Shown here in pieces: positions 12,033 through 26,600 of a DNA stretch of 64,000 nucleotides (its first letter is position 1; each line of letters begins with the position of its first letter). This DNA comes from Gnetum montanum (lineage: Eukaryota > Plantae > Gnetophyta), in the NCBI GenBank assembly GCA_015680685.1, contig MNCI01003070.1, positions 245,930 through 309,929 on the forward strand. Direction: 5' to 3'. The position numbers and the translations under genes were made by a program. Below the pieces are notes generated by a model, which was not told where the DNA came from, did not search any database, and was given only the letters and a program-made list of their open reading frames with translations.

Positions 12033-15000
12033 TCAGACATAGTACTGTTTCAAGTACAAGTGATTTGTAGGATTAGCAAACTCATTCTTGTTCATATCAA
12101 CAACTTTGAATGCTCCATTATTGTATGCCTTGGTGACTAAGTGAGGTCCTTCCCAGTTGGCTGAGAACTTATCTGAGTGTTCACATACAGCTTTAAGGAC
12201 TAAGTCTCCTTCTTTGATTGGGTGCTTGTGCAAATTGTGTTTGTGTCGTTGTTGCTGTTGTTTCTGGTACCATTCAATTTGATCAAGCATTCGCACACAT
12301 TCTTCTTCTATTGAATCAAGGTCAGCAATGTGTAGTTCATTATTTTGACTTTCATCGAGGAGGCCCGAGAGAACTATTTACAACGAGGGAACCTATAATT
12401 CTAAAGGTAAAACAACTTCATATCTGTATACAAGACTATATGGAGTTTTACCTATAGATGTTCGATGTGTCGTTCTGTATGCCCATTATGCATAGAACAA
12501 TTGTTCATGCCATCATTTCTTACTTTGATTTAGCATCTTTTTGAGCACCATGATGACAGTTTTGTTTGTAGTCTCTATTTGACCATTTCTCTGTGGGTAG
12601 TAAGGTGATGAAAATGCATGTTTAATACCTAGGATTTCACAAAAGCTTTCAGTATCTGCACTGTTGAACTATGGCCCATTGTCAGTAACGATGGTCATTG
12701 GAATACCAAAACGAGTCACGATATTTTCTAATATGAAAGTGCAAATATGTTTTGATGTGGTCTTCCTAAGGGGAATAGCTTCCACCCACTTTGTGAAATA
12801 TTCAGTTGCGGTGATAATGAAGCTATGTCCTGCAGAGGATGATGGCATTATTGGTCCAATTAAGTCTAATCCCCATTTTTGGAATGGCCATGTGATTTGC
12901 ATTATATGAAGTTTGTTAGGTGGCACATGTATTAGATGACCATGCTTTTGGCAAATGTCACACGTTCTGACCTTGGAGATGCAATCGTACTCCATGTGTG
13001 GCCAGTAGTAGCCTAAGCGCCTAATTTTCATTGCCATTGATTTAGGTGTAATGTGCCCTCCACAAAGTCCTTCGTGGACTTGTTCTACAATTGTTTGATC
13101 ATCAATGCTACTAATGCACATTAGCAAAATGCCTTCATAGGATTTACGACACAAGGTGCCTCCTATTAATGCATATTGCCAGGAACATTTTCACACGGTG
13201 TCCTTTTGAGTGTTTTTCAAGTGTTGTGGAGGTTCGCCTCTTAGAAGGTATTCTTTTATGTCATCATAACATTCTATTGCATGTGTTGTGCTAACGGATG
13301 CTATAGATATTTCTTCAAGAGTGTTGATTATAGGTTCGACACAATTTTTTATAGAACTAGGCAACACATGGAACATTTTAGGTGTCATGTTTAAGGCTAG
13401 TGTGGCGAGTGCATCAGTAATGGTGTTTTCACTTCTAGGAACATGTTGTATATCTGTTTCCACTAGTTGTCTTAGCATATGTTTGGTCAAATCATAGTAC
13501 GGTTGCAAATGGGGGGCCTTACATGCGTAAACCTCAGTGACTTTATTAATGATTAATTGTGAATCTCCACGAACTGTGAAATTCCCAAAGTCAACACTAC
13601 TTAAAGGCCTCCAAGAAGACCATCATATTCAGCCACGTTATTGGTACAAGGAAAGGTTAATTGATAGGTGAAGGGTTGAATTTCTCTAGTGGGACATACT
13701 AAAATGGCTGCTGCACTCCCTCCTCGGGAGGTTGAAGCTCCATCAAAGTAGAGGATTATCTTGTAGTTATTAGGTACGGTGTTAATACTATTAACATTCT
13801 CATCAAGGAATTCAAGGTTGACTATTGCTTGATCATGTGTTGGTGAGATAGCTAATTGTGTGACTATTGCTTAACCTTTTGTGGAAGATTGGGCAACATA
13901 GTGTAGGTCAAACTCTACAATCATCGCTTTCCACCTAGCTATCCTACTTGACTCATAGATGTTATTAGTGATGGCACAGAGTACATTATCCTTACAAATG
14001 ATGTAAACCTGATTTTGGAAGAGATAATGCCGCCATTTCTTCAAAGAGAAGATGAGGGCGAGGCATGATTTTTCTATGTCATTGTATCATTGTTCATAGG
14101 CAATTAATGCATGGCTTAGGTAATATACAAGGATTTCGACTCCATCCTCACGTTTTTGACAAAGCATCAATGCAATGGAGGAATCAGAAGTTGCAAGGTA
14201 GATGTAGAAAGATTTATCACTTTGTGGAGGATAAACAGTTGGTAGTTGAGCCAAATCTTGTTTTATGTTCTCAAATGCTTCCTGGCATTGTTGAGTCCAT
14301 TGGAAATGTGCATTCTTTTGTAATACATGTTGCATGGGACTCAACTTATCTGTCAACCTTTCGATAAAGTGTCTGATGAATTATAGTCTACCTTGGAGGC
14401 CACATAGTTCAGTGAGGTTTCTTGGTGGTTGCATATTGGTTATTGCTTTGACCTTATCGGGGTCTACCTGTATCCCTCTTTTGGAAACTAGGAAACCAAG
14501 CATTTTGCTCATTTTGATGCCAAAAATGCATTTCTTTGGATTGAGTCTAAGGTCATATTTGAGACATCGTTTAAGCACTAAGTCCAGATCTTTTGCATGT
14601 TGTTCAGTTTTTTTAGATTTAACTGTGATGTCGTCAACATAATCATTGAGCAAATTGAGCATGTAGTTACTGAATATATATGTCATTGCTCGTTGATATG
14701 TAGGTCCTGCGTTTTTCAGGCCAAATGGCATCATTGTATAACAGAATGTACCCCAAGGTGTCATGAAAGTTGTTCTGAGTTGATGTTCCGAATTGATTCA
14801 TATTTGGTTGTATCTCGAAAATCCATCCATAAAGGACAATAGTGCATGCCCAGTAGTTATTTCAATAAGTTGATCAATGCTAGGTAATGGAAAGTCATCC
14901 TTTATAGTGGCTATGTTGAGATCACAGAAGTCAATGCATATGCGTATACTACCGTTCTTCTTGGGGACTACAACAATGTTTGATACCTAATCAGAATAGT

Positions 15001-15502
15001 CAACGAATTAGATGAAACCAGCTTAATAGAGTTTTGTGATTTTAGCATGGATGGCCAATGCAACCTCGGGTCTAACTTTTTGTTCTTTTTGTTTCACTGG
15101 TTTAATTTTTTCATCAAGAATAATGTTGTGTTGGATGATCTGGGGGTCTAGTCCTGGCATGTCTATATATGACCATGTGAACATTTTTATGTTATCTTTT
15201 AACACTTGAGTGATGTCACCTACGAGTTGCGAGTCCAGTAAGGCACTTAATTTCAATGTTTTGATTTCGCCATTGATCGTGGTAATGGGGATTTCTACTA
15301 GAGGATCTTTAGTGATATTATCAGCTTCTAGATCTAGAGTTTTAGTCATGTTTTTAGGCCAATCTGACGTTTCTTAAGTGGAGGCTATTAAATTGGTATA
15401 GATGGACAAATTTAAATCCAAAGATTCTGGATTGATTGCTCTTTCTACCTCCTCGTATGGTCCATCGAGAGACAATGTTGAGAGGATATTCTTGGTGGCC
15501 AT
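12033..15502 (-). pseudogene. pol: Element B pol: RT - RNase H - archaeal-type RNase H (aRH) - integrase
   Basis: WSYIDMPGLD, TPWGTFCYTMMPFGLKNAG, YVDDI, YFDGAST, TNNVAEY, HVPRSENTITDALA, HEGLCGGH..CDIC, TEYFTKWVEA, TDNGP, WEGPH; AUG at 15502 is in frame with ORF 15023..15349; several stops. Confidence 0.92.
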
Positions 15503-16859
15503 GTGCTTGCTCCTGCTAGTTTAAAATAGGAGTGGAGTAAGAGACACCCTATTAGCAAAGGAGTTACTAAATATAAGTGAACTATGCACTGATAAAAATT
15601 TAGAGATGCGGTGGAAGTCATGACAATTTAAGGTCATACCGAGCCACATGGTAGTTTAAGGTCATACCAGGCCACATGGTGACTTGTCCTTTAGACTGAG
15701 TATATGCACTATTTTTTAAATTTTAAAACTTTTAAATTTTAAATTTTTGACTTTTAAGTTCTACATTTTTAAATCTTAAATTTTCGAGTGAACAATAAGG
15801 TCGTGGGGATTTCAAAGTTTTATGAATTTGACGTAGTTTCCATATATTTATTTATTTATTGTTGTTGATTTTCTGCACTTTCCTTCTCTTTTCATAAAAA
15901 TTTCTTGGACCTCATCTTGGGGGGTTGGAATGACAAGGAAAACTAGGCAAGCACAAGGCAAAGATGGCTTGAACAACAACATGTAATTAAAATAAGAAGA
16001 GGAACTAAAATAAAAGGCCAAAAATTAAATAAATTAAATTACCAAGGGAAATAGAAAAGGAAATTTTTGAAATAGGAGGCCTCATTTCTATTAACGTGAG
16101 TTGCTGGAACTTGGAAGGACAGCGTGACCTACCCAGAGTGCAGTGTGAGCCAAGGTGTTAGCGTTAGCGTTAGCGTGACCATGAAAGACAAGGGCAATGG
16201 AAAGGCATGCAGGGATAAGGGAAGGAAGTAGGCATCCCTAGCATTCATGGAGGAGAGTGAAGAGCTCCTACAAGGTCTCCCCTAAGCCAGGATTATGACG
16301 TGGAAGAAGGCCCTGCACAAGTAAATTCTTTGCCCCCAATTTTTCTTTGGTGTCTTTGCAAGTAGTGTTACCTAGGGTGAGATTTTGTTTTGTAATTTGG
16401 GCTTTTGGATTTTTGGAATCATGGCATGGTTTTCGTAGGGTTTGTGGGTGTAACGTGAGTGTGGGAAGGAAGGCTTGTCCTTCAAGTTGCACAGTGAGCT
16501 ACGTTTGTGGGCCTAGGGTTCGCAGTGTGAGCCCCCTGCCCTTCTTGATAGCATGACTATCTTGCCCTTTTTGGCATCTTTGGTAGTGTGATTGTGAATT
16601 TCAGGGTAGGGAATGAACAATGTAACTTTGAATTTTTGGGCAAAATTTTCCAATTTTGAAGGGCAACATGACTACAAAAATTTTGGATTTTTAGAGGGGC
16701 AAGGATGGCCAGTATGATTGTAAACTTTTAATTTCGAAGGGGTAGTGTGACTGCACATTTCTGAATTTTTGGGGAGCTTAGCATGACTACACATTTTGAA
16801 TTTTTCCCAGGGTAGCGTGACTTGCAAATTTTTTTGAGTTTTAGTCCCTAGGCAACATG

Positions 16860-18657
16860 TGAAACACCCTAAAAAAATGCGAGGTCATCCTGGCCTCACC
16901 AGGCTCTTGCAGTCCGCACAGCACCGTGGCAGTTCATCGAAAGAAGAACGTTATGAGTCTAGGATGGCCAGTTTGGCAAATTTTCTACTTTGGGTATGGA
17001 CAGGCCCTGTACCATCTTGCTCGCCCATCAAGGTAGCCCGAATAGTTGGCAACCTACTCAGAAACGGTTTGTAGAATCGACGATAGTATCCTGGGTGCAC
17101 AAAAAGTAGTTCGACAAGTTTTCTAAGTCATGAAGCCTGCTACGCTATGCTACGATATGTAGTGTAGCAAGCTTTAGAAAACAATGGCTAAACGAAATGC
17201 TATGCTACGCAATGTCACACAGTGTAGCATAGCAATGACTTCACTACCTGCTCCCCTCGCCCAACTTTGAGTTCTGCAGTGATGTCTCTTTTTGCCAGGA
17301 AGCGACGGACCATGTTTGCTACTACGCTACGCTGAGCTACATGGCGCAGCAAGGCGTAGCAATCCTATGGAAGGGACAGAAGGCAGTTCAAAAGGTGAAA
17401 TTAGCAAAGTTCACAAAACTTGCATCGTAGGAGAATGGGTTGCAAATCAGCAAAACTATCGCAATTAAGGCTAGTCGCTACGTTATGTAGCGTAGCATTG
17501 CGTAACAAGTACGTGACATATGGCAGGATGTGCGGCAAGATGCTACACCATGCCAAGCAAGCCACGTCACAAAGCACAGTGTGTCATGCAAGTGTCGTGC
17601 GACATCAATGCACTCCACCCAATCAGACCGCTGACACACGTCTCTAGGAGCTAACAGTGCAGTTGCGACATAGTAGGATCATAGTTATTGCATGGCAAGC
17701 TCGCATTGCAATGGTCTTATAAGCCCAACAGTCACAAATGGATCGAGTAATGCTAGTGAGGTAGCACAAGTCTGCGGCACATAGCATTCAAACGGTCCCT
17801 TTTTCTTACCTTCAACCCTATAAATATTCCGGAAAACAGCACATAAAAGGTCCAAAAAAATTTTTGGGCTAAAAAGAGAAAGGTACCTACGATTTGGCAA
17901 AAAAGAAAAGAAAAAAGAGAGCAATCTGTAAAGTTAGCAATTTTGAAAGGGGTTCACGTCCTCCTTTATTTTTTGCCAGCGTTGTAACAATCATACCCAT
18001 CTGTTTAACACTGTAAATAGAGAACCTCTCCTAGCTGGCATAAGGTTCCAGTCTTCGTTCTACCACCTTGGTAAGATCCCGCACTATTTGTACGTGAAGT
18101 CCGTGCCCAAGCGCATAGCTCTTTCTACTTCTTGACACTCTTTGGTTACCCTCGGAACTTCTGCACTCCGTCACACTGTGCAGTTGATTGTATCCATCCT
18201 AACCAGATGGATTTGTAGCTTTGAAGCAGTGCATGTTTTTAACCATATCTTACTTTACCTCTCATTTACTGTCTAGCTTTCTTGCATTATTTTCTATCTT
18301 ATTTACCTTCAAGCATCATCTCGTACTACTATCGCATTTACGTTTCTCATGTTTAGCATCACTTCATATTACCATCGCATCTCTACTTTATTCATTATTT
18401 TGCATTATTGTCGCATTTTTATAGTTTCTTTGTTTTCCTCTATATCTACTCGTAAGCATTATCTTGCAATTTGTACAATTTATATTGCAAAAAGGCTATA
18501 TTGACGTTGATGTAAGTCCTTTTCTGATCGACTAGACCATTCAGGGCACCCTGTGTTCGCACACACCCAGCACCGCTCTCCCGCAGGCATGGGGTTGGAA
18601 TTGTTGCATCTGCCAACCCGAACATTCTTCTAGCCGCCAACATTTTCAATCGCTACA
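16860..18657 (+). repeat. Element C 5' LTR
   Basis: Co-linear with 33619-35428; 6 differences in the first ~70 bp, all transitions. Confidence 0.95.
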
Positions 18658-18663
18658 GTTTTC

Positions 18664-18680
18664 TAGCGCTAGAAGGAGGG
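18664..18680 (+). promoter_or_regulatory. Element C primer-binding site, tRNA-Asn type
   Basis: TAGCGCTAGAAGGAGGG, 6 nt after the LTR; one mismatch to TGGCGCTAGAAGGAGGG, the complement of the plant tRNA-Asn 3' end. Confidence 0.8.
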
Positions 18681-18749
18681 CCTTTTGGTGCCTTTGCCAT
18701 GTGTCACAGTAGTTCTGTGAGCCTTCTACACCCTGATACACATGAGTGT

Positions 18750-19420
18750 AGACGTGACACCCTCTTGCGGTTGTTTGCACTCTGTACGGTGCAAATCGGT
18801 CACCCCAACGGTTCCCCTAGAGACCTACAAAACACAAGGCCTCTGATCACCGGTTAACTAGCTCATTCTACGATCATCTTGCATGTGTGCTGCATCCCAT
18901 CTTGTGTGGTGCAAACCGGTCTCCTGAACGGTCCCTCCAGGACCCTGCAAGACATAAAGCCTGCCTGATTGCTAGCTAGCTTGCCCATCCTATAGCTATC
19001 TTGCCTGCATTCTATACCCCATTCCGTGTGGTATAGATCGGTCACCTCGACGGTCCCTCCAAGATCCTATGAGACACAAAACATACCTGGTCGCTAGTTA
19101 ATTTTCTTGTCTTATAGTAGTCTCGTATGCCTTCCACACCCCGACTTGCATTAGCGTAGACTCGACACCCTTTGTGGTTGTTTATGCTTTGTGTGGTGTA
19201 GATCAGTCGCCTCGACGGTTCCTCCGGAACCCTATGAGATAATAAGCCTTCCGACAGTGATTTAACTTGCCCCTTCTATTTATAGTAGTCCTACATGCGT
19301 CCTGAACCCTAGCCAGCACAGGCAAAAACATGACACCCTTTGAGGTTGTTTGCACCTTGTGTGGTGCAAGTTGGTCGCCTTGACAGTTCCTCTAGGATCC
19401 TGCAAGACGTAAAGCCACCT
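18750..19420 (+). repeat. About 5 degenerate direct repeats in the element C 5' UTR
   Basis: Core GTGTGGTG(C/T)A(A/G)ATCGGTC(A/G)CCTCGACGGTCCCTCCAGGATCCT recurs near 18783, 18903, 19026, 19190 and 19358. Confidence 0.75.
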
Positions 19421-19491
19421 GTTGTTGTTTTTTTAATACTTCTGTTCTTTTGCATTTTCTAGCATTTTTTCGCATAATCACTTGCTTGACG

Positions 19492-22400
19492 ATGGCTTCC
19501 GCCACCACCGCTGTTGGTGCCTCCAACACGGAGGTGCCCTTCGTGGTCCAAGACACTACTAGTGTCGAACAACGCCTAAATCGAACGCCAGAAGCACGGC
19601 AGTCTCTTAGAATCCAAAACCAAGGACCTGAGGGACTAGCCTAGCAACATGAGCATTATAGTTTCCTTTGTGCGAAGGTGCAAGCTAACCTGCCCTTGGA
19701 TTTACATGAACTCAAAGAAAAACGTAGCTTCGAGTTTGCTTACTGCAATGGGGAGGAATTCGTTCCTAACCAAGGCATTTCTCTACCTTTAACACAAGCG
19801 TACCAAAGGTTGCTAGATCAACTAATCTAGTTGACAAGGCTTAGGGAGCAATAAGACACAACGTCCAACTAGGATGACACCTTTCAAGATGGGCAGGAGG
19901 AGCTCGATTCCCAGTTTGACGAGGGAGGCCCAGCCAACCCTGTTCCTGTCCCGCCTACCCAATCCTTCTGGGCCAACCCACTACTTGTCGCAACCTCCTT
20001 TGTCATCACACCCACACTTCAGCAGCCTGCAGCCACAATTGCAATGGGTAGCCATGCTATGTTCCCAGCACCTCATCACCCCTATTGCCTGGTTGCACCT
20101 GTAGCAACTACGCCACCGCAAACTATTTATCAGCATGCTACCACAATACGCAACATGCCTATCACGGCTACCCTACCGCATGTCCATACTGTACCTACTT
20201 TGCAACCACACATAACTCCTATACCAATTCCTACATATGCATTCGTTCCACCCATTGTGATGTGCCCAGGCCCATCCACATGGTGGACTCCGCTCACTTC
20301 TTTGTCTGTTCTGCAACCGTCGTAGATATCTCACTACATTCTCCCTCAGGTCTACTCGACCTTGTAGACGGTACATCCTGGCATGGGGTCGTGGGTTGTC
20401 CCATCGGTGACCCAAGCGGCCTATCCGGCAACTCAACCCGCTATTACCGCTCTGATAATACCACCCACCAGATGGTGGACAATGGAAATAGCACCTTTAG
20501 TAGGGGCAACCCCAACGACATAACCGATGGATCAAATCGTTACCACTACCATGCCACATGTGGGCATTGCCTCCACAGTTCCTCAACAGTCTATAACATC
20601 TTTGGTTCTAGACCAAGCATTTCAGCTCATTCAGACCCTAACCGAGGAAGTAAAACACCTCAAAGCGGTTAGGTCTAATACGGTACAAGTCATGGACATT
20701 AATCAAGATGACCCTGTCAACCTTGCAATCCCTGCTTTGATATTACCACCTGGGATGTCCCTCTCGCACTTCACGAAGTATGACGGAGAAGGAGATCCCA
20801 ATACACATCTTGTCACTTTCCGGTCAAAGTCTTTGTTGCTGCAATAATGGCCACATACGATCATTCGCGTCTTCACCATGTCCCTAGCCGGGAAAGCCCT
20901 AGATTGGTATCGTGTGTTGCCACGTTCATCCATTTTGACTTTGGAAGAACTCTTGAACTAGTTTGTGACACGCTTCAAATATAACTTGAAGCCAAAAACC
21001 CCGCTAGATCAGCTGATGAGCGTAAAGCAAGACCCGCTAGAACCAATCCAAAAATTCATTCAATGTTGGAGCGCAACCCTTAACGAAATCCGTGAACCTA
21101 TCGCGGAGGCTCACTTGTTAGCCATCTTTAAGGGTACGGTGAATGACTTCATCAAGTCAAAACTATATTACCTCACTCCATGCTCACTTAGCCAAGATTT
21201 TGCTTAGACAAAAAGCATACAAGACATGGCCGAAGCAAACAAAGACCTGGCTTATGTCACTTACAAGAACAGTTTTGCAAAAAAGGACAAAGGTAAGGCC
21301 CCAACAACCATGTTGGCTACTGTGGCAGCTGAGGCTAAGCCCAAACATAGCAACAACAGAAACAAGAATAACAAGAAACCATCCACACTTGCGGCCGACT
21401 CAGTGCCCAAACTAGGCCAAGCATTACAACTTGCCACACCTGTGCCCGAGACATCTGCATACACTAAACCTAACTTCGAACGTAAAGATCGTTCGAAATA
21501 CACCCCGCTGCCTCTCAAACCTTCAGAACTCTTGAAGCAACTGTTGGCAACAGGATACATCCAACATAAGTGGATGTTAGAGGAAGTAAACATGAGGCAT
21601 CGACACTACTGCAAGCTCCTTAGAAATCTCTCTTTAGCCCTGCCCAACGAGCCACCAGTTCCTAGGAGTTTTAGGCTAGACAGGTTTTGCGACTACCATC
21701 AACTATGTGGTCATACCACGGATTATTTTCTATCGTTGCAAGATGACACCCAAAGATTGATTGACCTGGGACAGTTGGTGCTAGATGAAAGTAGCCTAGT
21801 ACATCCTAAAAACCAATCCATGCATGTCTACACAGATCCCCACAACACCAATAATTCCGGTTACGTAATCAATGCCATCGGTATTGACAATAATCCCACG
21901 CCACCCTTCTAGCCGTTTGTGATTCGTGTGCCTCAGCATAGCGCACCAATGCCACCAATGGCTGGTCTAAGCTCGTAGTCACCCTTCATCCTGAAAGTCC
22001 CACCACAGGCATCTACCTCTGCACCACCTATTGGCGGGACCACACGACCCTGTCAACTAACACCTCTAACTTCATTCATCATTAGGGGGCCAACATCTTC
22101 GACAGCCCCAATCTTGTGCAACAACATTAAACAACATCCTCGCCCCACAACGCTAGAAACCTACTTGGTGGGCGAGGCATCGAAGGGGAATACCGTCAAA
22201 AGTATCTCCAAAACTACGCCTTCTTCCTTTAAATTTACACCTTCATCACCAAAGACAAAGGTCGACATGATTACACGGCCTGTGGCATCTTGTTGCCAAA
22301 AATCTGAACCTAGGTCTGGGGTCGTCTCCCCTCGAGAGGTTCATCTTCTAAGGAAAATTGAGGAGGGTGTTAAACAGACAGGCAGCCAATACTTCTTGGA

Positions 22401-23304
22401 CGCCCTCATCTAGGTTGGGCAAGCTCTAAGGCAGAAAAACACCACATTAAGCCTATACGACCTAGTCATGACATCTACCCCTCACCGCGAGGCTCTAGTC
22501 CGCATGTCAACAACAATTCTGGTCGACAAAAACATGCCAGTAGACAAGAAAGCGATCCACTCAGTCATACTCCCCTCTGTACCCATGGAGTCTACAATAC
22601 ATCAATTAACTTTCAGTAATGATGCCATTAAGGAAGATCCTGAAAGGGGTCAAGTGACTATGGTGCCTCTCTTCATCACAATTCGGGTCGGCCAATACCG
22701 AATCCAAAGGGTACATGTCGATGATGGGGCCACAAATGTCACCTCCTTTCCTATTATAGATAAGCTGGGGTTGGTTGACCAGATCAAACCAACAGCAACA
22801 TCATGTCTATGATTCTTCAATGGGGCATGTGTCCTGGTGAAGGGCATAGTTCATGTAAACTTCATAGCAGGGGACGAGCTCCTCACAAACGCAACGTTCA
22901 TCGTAGTTGAAGAAATGCCCAGGTTTAACCTAATCTTGGGAAGATTGTGGTTAGCACAAATTAGGGCCGTCTCCTCACCTATACACCAAAAAATCCACTT
23001 ACCATACGTGGGTAGGGAGGTGATAATCCATGGTGACGGGGTGCTAACGCAAGCAATCAACAATGTAAACACAGAGCAGGGTTCAGAGGTTACAACCTCT
23101 GAAGATGAAATGCCTGTTCATGCATGCACCAATCATACAACGAAGGGATTGGCCCAACGAGGCGACCCTCAAATCTAAAACGCATGGGTGGAGTTGCCCT
23201 TTCAAGCGAGGGATAGTGACACGAGTGAAGGCCCTGGCGAAATGCCTCGACCTTACGTCCCGATCAAACCACGAAAGGTTAAGAGGCAGCTACGCATAGC
23301 ATAG
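19492..23304 (+). pseudogene. gag: Element C gag-protease, decayed
   Basis: KYDGEGDPNTHL, SLAGKALDWY, RFCDYHQLCGHTTD (Tat-type zinc knuckle), protease RVHVDDGA..NV and FNLILGRLWL; ends KVKRQLRIA*. Confidence 0.88.
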
Positions 23305-23649
23305 CAGCCTTGTGACCTCCCACCCAGTCGCCATCCTCACATATTCACTTTCTACTTATCTCATCAGTGTGTCATCCTTTCGGCATGCTATGCCAATGAC
23401 CCGAAATGGCCTAAAACTAGCATTATTACCTTTTGCTTTACTCAACGGTCGAAATGGCCTAAAGCTAACAAACGGCCCAAAATGGCCTAAAACTAGCATA
23501 CGAGAGCACAAAAACATTACATAACACACATGATAACACAAAATCGGTTTCCTTTCTGAAGTCTTGCATTTTAGTCAAAATGTTTCGCCTATTGGCAGTG
23601 TCTATAAATTCTTTCAAAAAAAGAAGAGGGGAAGTCGACCCCCATACTC

Positions 23650-26600
23650 TCATGAGTCATCTCTGTTCACATCACCTTCGTCGTTTATCTCTACTTCATC
23701 CAATTGTGCATTGCCTACTCCTATATTGCCCCCTGCCGACACCTCATTCCTTCCCTCCATGGGCCTCACACCTTTGTTGAGAGCTTGTATCCCAAAAGAT
23801 AAAGTAGTTAGTAGGGACAACAAATGTGATAAATGATAGCTATAGTAAAGCATTAAAGTGACTAACCTAAGGGGATCCTACATTGGTCATAAGAGGTATC
23901 TGGTCTAGACCAAGCCTGAGACGATGCTCAATCTCCTCCATCGAAATATCCATTTAACGCCTGTCACTAGGTTCAGCATTCGTAGCGGCAACTTTCTCCC
24001 TTTCCAAAGTTGTCCACTTTAGAGGTTCCTAGGAAAGAGAGGCGGTTGTGGTCTTTCCTGTAGGAAGGGTCACCCCCAAGTCTGGAGATTCCGTGACCTT
24101 CACCTGCTCTTTGAATTTGGCATAGGCCTCAGAAGCACCGATGGCCTTCACGAACATCTCATACGAGAAGGCCTCCACAATAGCGTCTTTATACAACCTT
24201 CGATGGGTTTCGTTTTCTAGCTTGTATGTATATTTGTGATCCCTCTGGTCTTCCCCCATTCGAAGATCTTAGCGCTGATGTCCTTCATATCTTGGCACTT
24301 CTGGGCTAGCAAATTCATCTGCATCTGCTACTTGATTATTTCATGGGTGGATTCTACATTCTGACGAACGATAGTCAAAAACCTAGTGTAGTCGTCTACA
24401 GCCCTTTGCAACTCAGCAGGGTCAGGATAACGGTTTATCAGGAAATTGATCCTTGACCTGAGGTTCTCTACCTCGACGACCAGTTCTTCCTCTCTCTGCT
24501 CGCCCCTGTGGACCCGTTTCCATAGGTCCTCATTGGTACGTCTACATTTCCATAGAGAGCACGCCGAGTGCAAGACACATTTGTAAGCCTCATCAAATAT
24601 ACGATGAGAAACTTCGGTCACATCAGACGAGAGTGTGGGCACTGCGTCAATCTCCATAGGTCGAGCCGAGTCCCACTTGAGCCAAGAGGTTGTTCAACGT
24701 AGAAAGTGTAACAATCATGTTAACATGACATAAACCAATACGTTCAAGAGTTTCGGCATAGCAGCATAGGGGCTTTCAACACTCCTACTTACCCATACGA
24801 GGACCCGCCTACTGAAGGAGTTTGATCATGTCATCAACAAGCCCCTAAAAAAATGTAAACTTGTCAAGAAATTCAGCTCATGACTCTGTCCGGGGTTGGG
24901 GAGGTCCTGAGACATTAGAAGTAGCACCTGTTACACGATTAAGCATGTCAGCAATGGTTGGAATGGACTATGGTAAGGCACATCCAAAGCCTAAAACTCA
25001 CCAGCACCTGACTGTTGTCTTGTTTCTTACTGGTGCAAGACAATCATGGTAAGTTCGGTAGAACGCCCGACCAAGTCCATAGAAACTCCTACCTCATGCA
25101 CTGGTGCTTTTCCTTTCAAGAGAGTAGCATCTTTTTTATTTTCAGGAGGCACCTCTTCATTGGTAGGAAGAGGCTCCCTAATAGCAAGAGCCCCTGCCCT
25201 AGAGACAATAGCTCCATTATTCCTAGCTGGGGCCCTTTCTTCCAAAGTCGGGGCCCCTGCATCTTTATTTGTCGCCCCCGTTCTGAGGGCCGACACTTTC
25301 TTGTTGCCTTCTTCTTCATCTTCTTCTTCTGCTACCTGCAAAAGGGTATACACACGACAAATCAAGATGGGTTAACTCAAAACTGATACCATGTTACAAA
25401 GCACTACCTAACTAAGCATAGAATAGCAGGCTCCCTAAACGCTCACCAATGGAGGGTTGCGTTCGCTGCAACTTGAACCGCAGTCTTCGTTCCTCTTCAT
25501 GAGGGCTTTCCCTAGCAAGGGGAGGTCTCTTTCTCCACAACTCCATGGGCACGGTCTCAGCCATGAGACGTTCAACCTATGTCACATTGCCGAGTATGGT
25601 AAGGGGGGTCTCCCCTAAGCTATCCTGGCTGCAAGTGCTACAAACTGCTAGAACTTTAGTTGTTAAAGAAAACGAATCCCCGACCATCTTCAGGGGAGCC
25701 TGGGCTTGCATGGTCTAAAAGACCTATCAAATCCATGGCTTGGGAATTTGGACGCGATCTAGCTTGGACTAGACTCCATCCTCCTGGACCACCAGGAACT
25801 CCATGGAGTGCTTTAAATAGCCTATGTAGAATGCATAGTCTATGTTAGAGTGGGACTCCGTTTGCTCACGGAACCCCAAAATCTCACCCTATAGACCACT
25901 ACATAGGAACTCGGCTCAGTTATAATAGGCCCCTTCCTCCACGACTTCTTGCATTACCTAAGCCTACTCAAGCCCTAGGACCTTTCCTTGGGTGAGTAGT
26001 TGAGAAAATGCATGGGCACGAAAGACCAGGTATATCCCCATGGCAAGACCGTTCTTAAGCTTGTCCATAGGGAACCCTTTCCACTCCTTGGTGAGCCTTA
26101 GCCACTCCTCAATATGCTGCTTCTGGAGGATCAACTCCTACTTGCCCTTCAACATCACATTGGCACCATCAGTGGGAATGCCAAAAAAATCTGCAAATAG
26201 TTGGTCATTGATGTCAATGACCACCCACACACCCCACACGTACGTGCAAAAGCAGCTCACCTGCCCAGAAAAGGAATTGACCAAGGAAAGCATCTTGGCA
26301 ATAGGGACGCCTACATTCGGCACCATAAAAAAATCCATAAGCCCAGCCATTTGGATTCTTCTGAGCAAAGGGCTCGGAGCCCCTCATTCTAGCCAGCTCT
26401 AACTTGCCAATACTTCACCATATTTGAAGTAGATGTTTCTCCCTTACCTTTTGGCAGTCACCACCATCACTTCATGAGGCTTCTTCACTCCTGCAGCAAT
26501 GATCACAAAACATGCTTAGCATAAAAGAGAGAAGAAACTACAAAAAAACTTAAGCCCATGGTGCCCGCTTGTTAACTCACTAGGTCTATACGGTGAGGGG

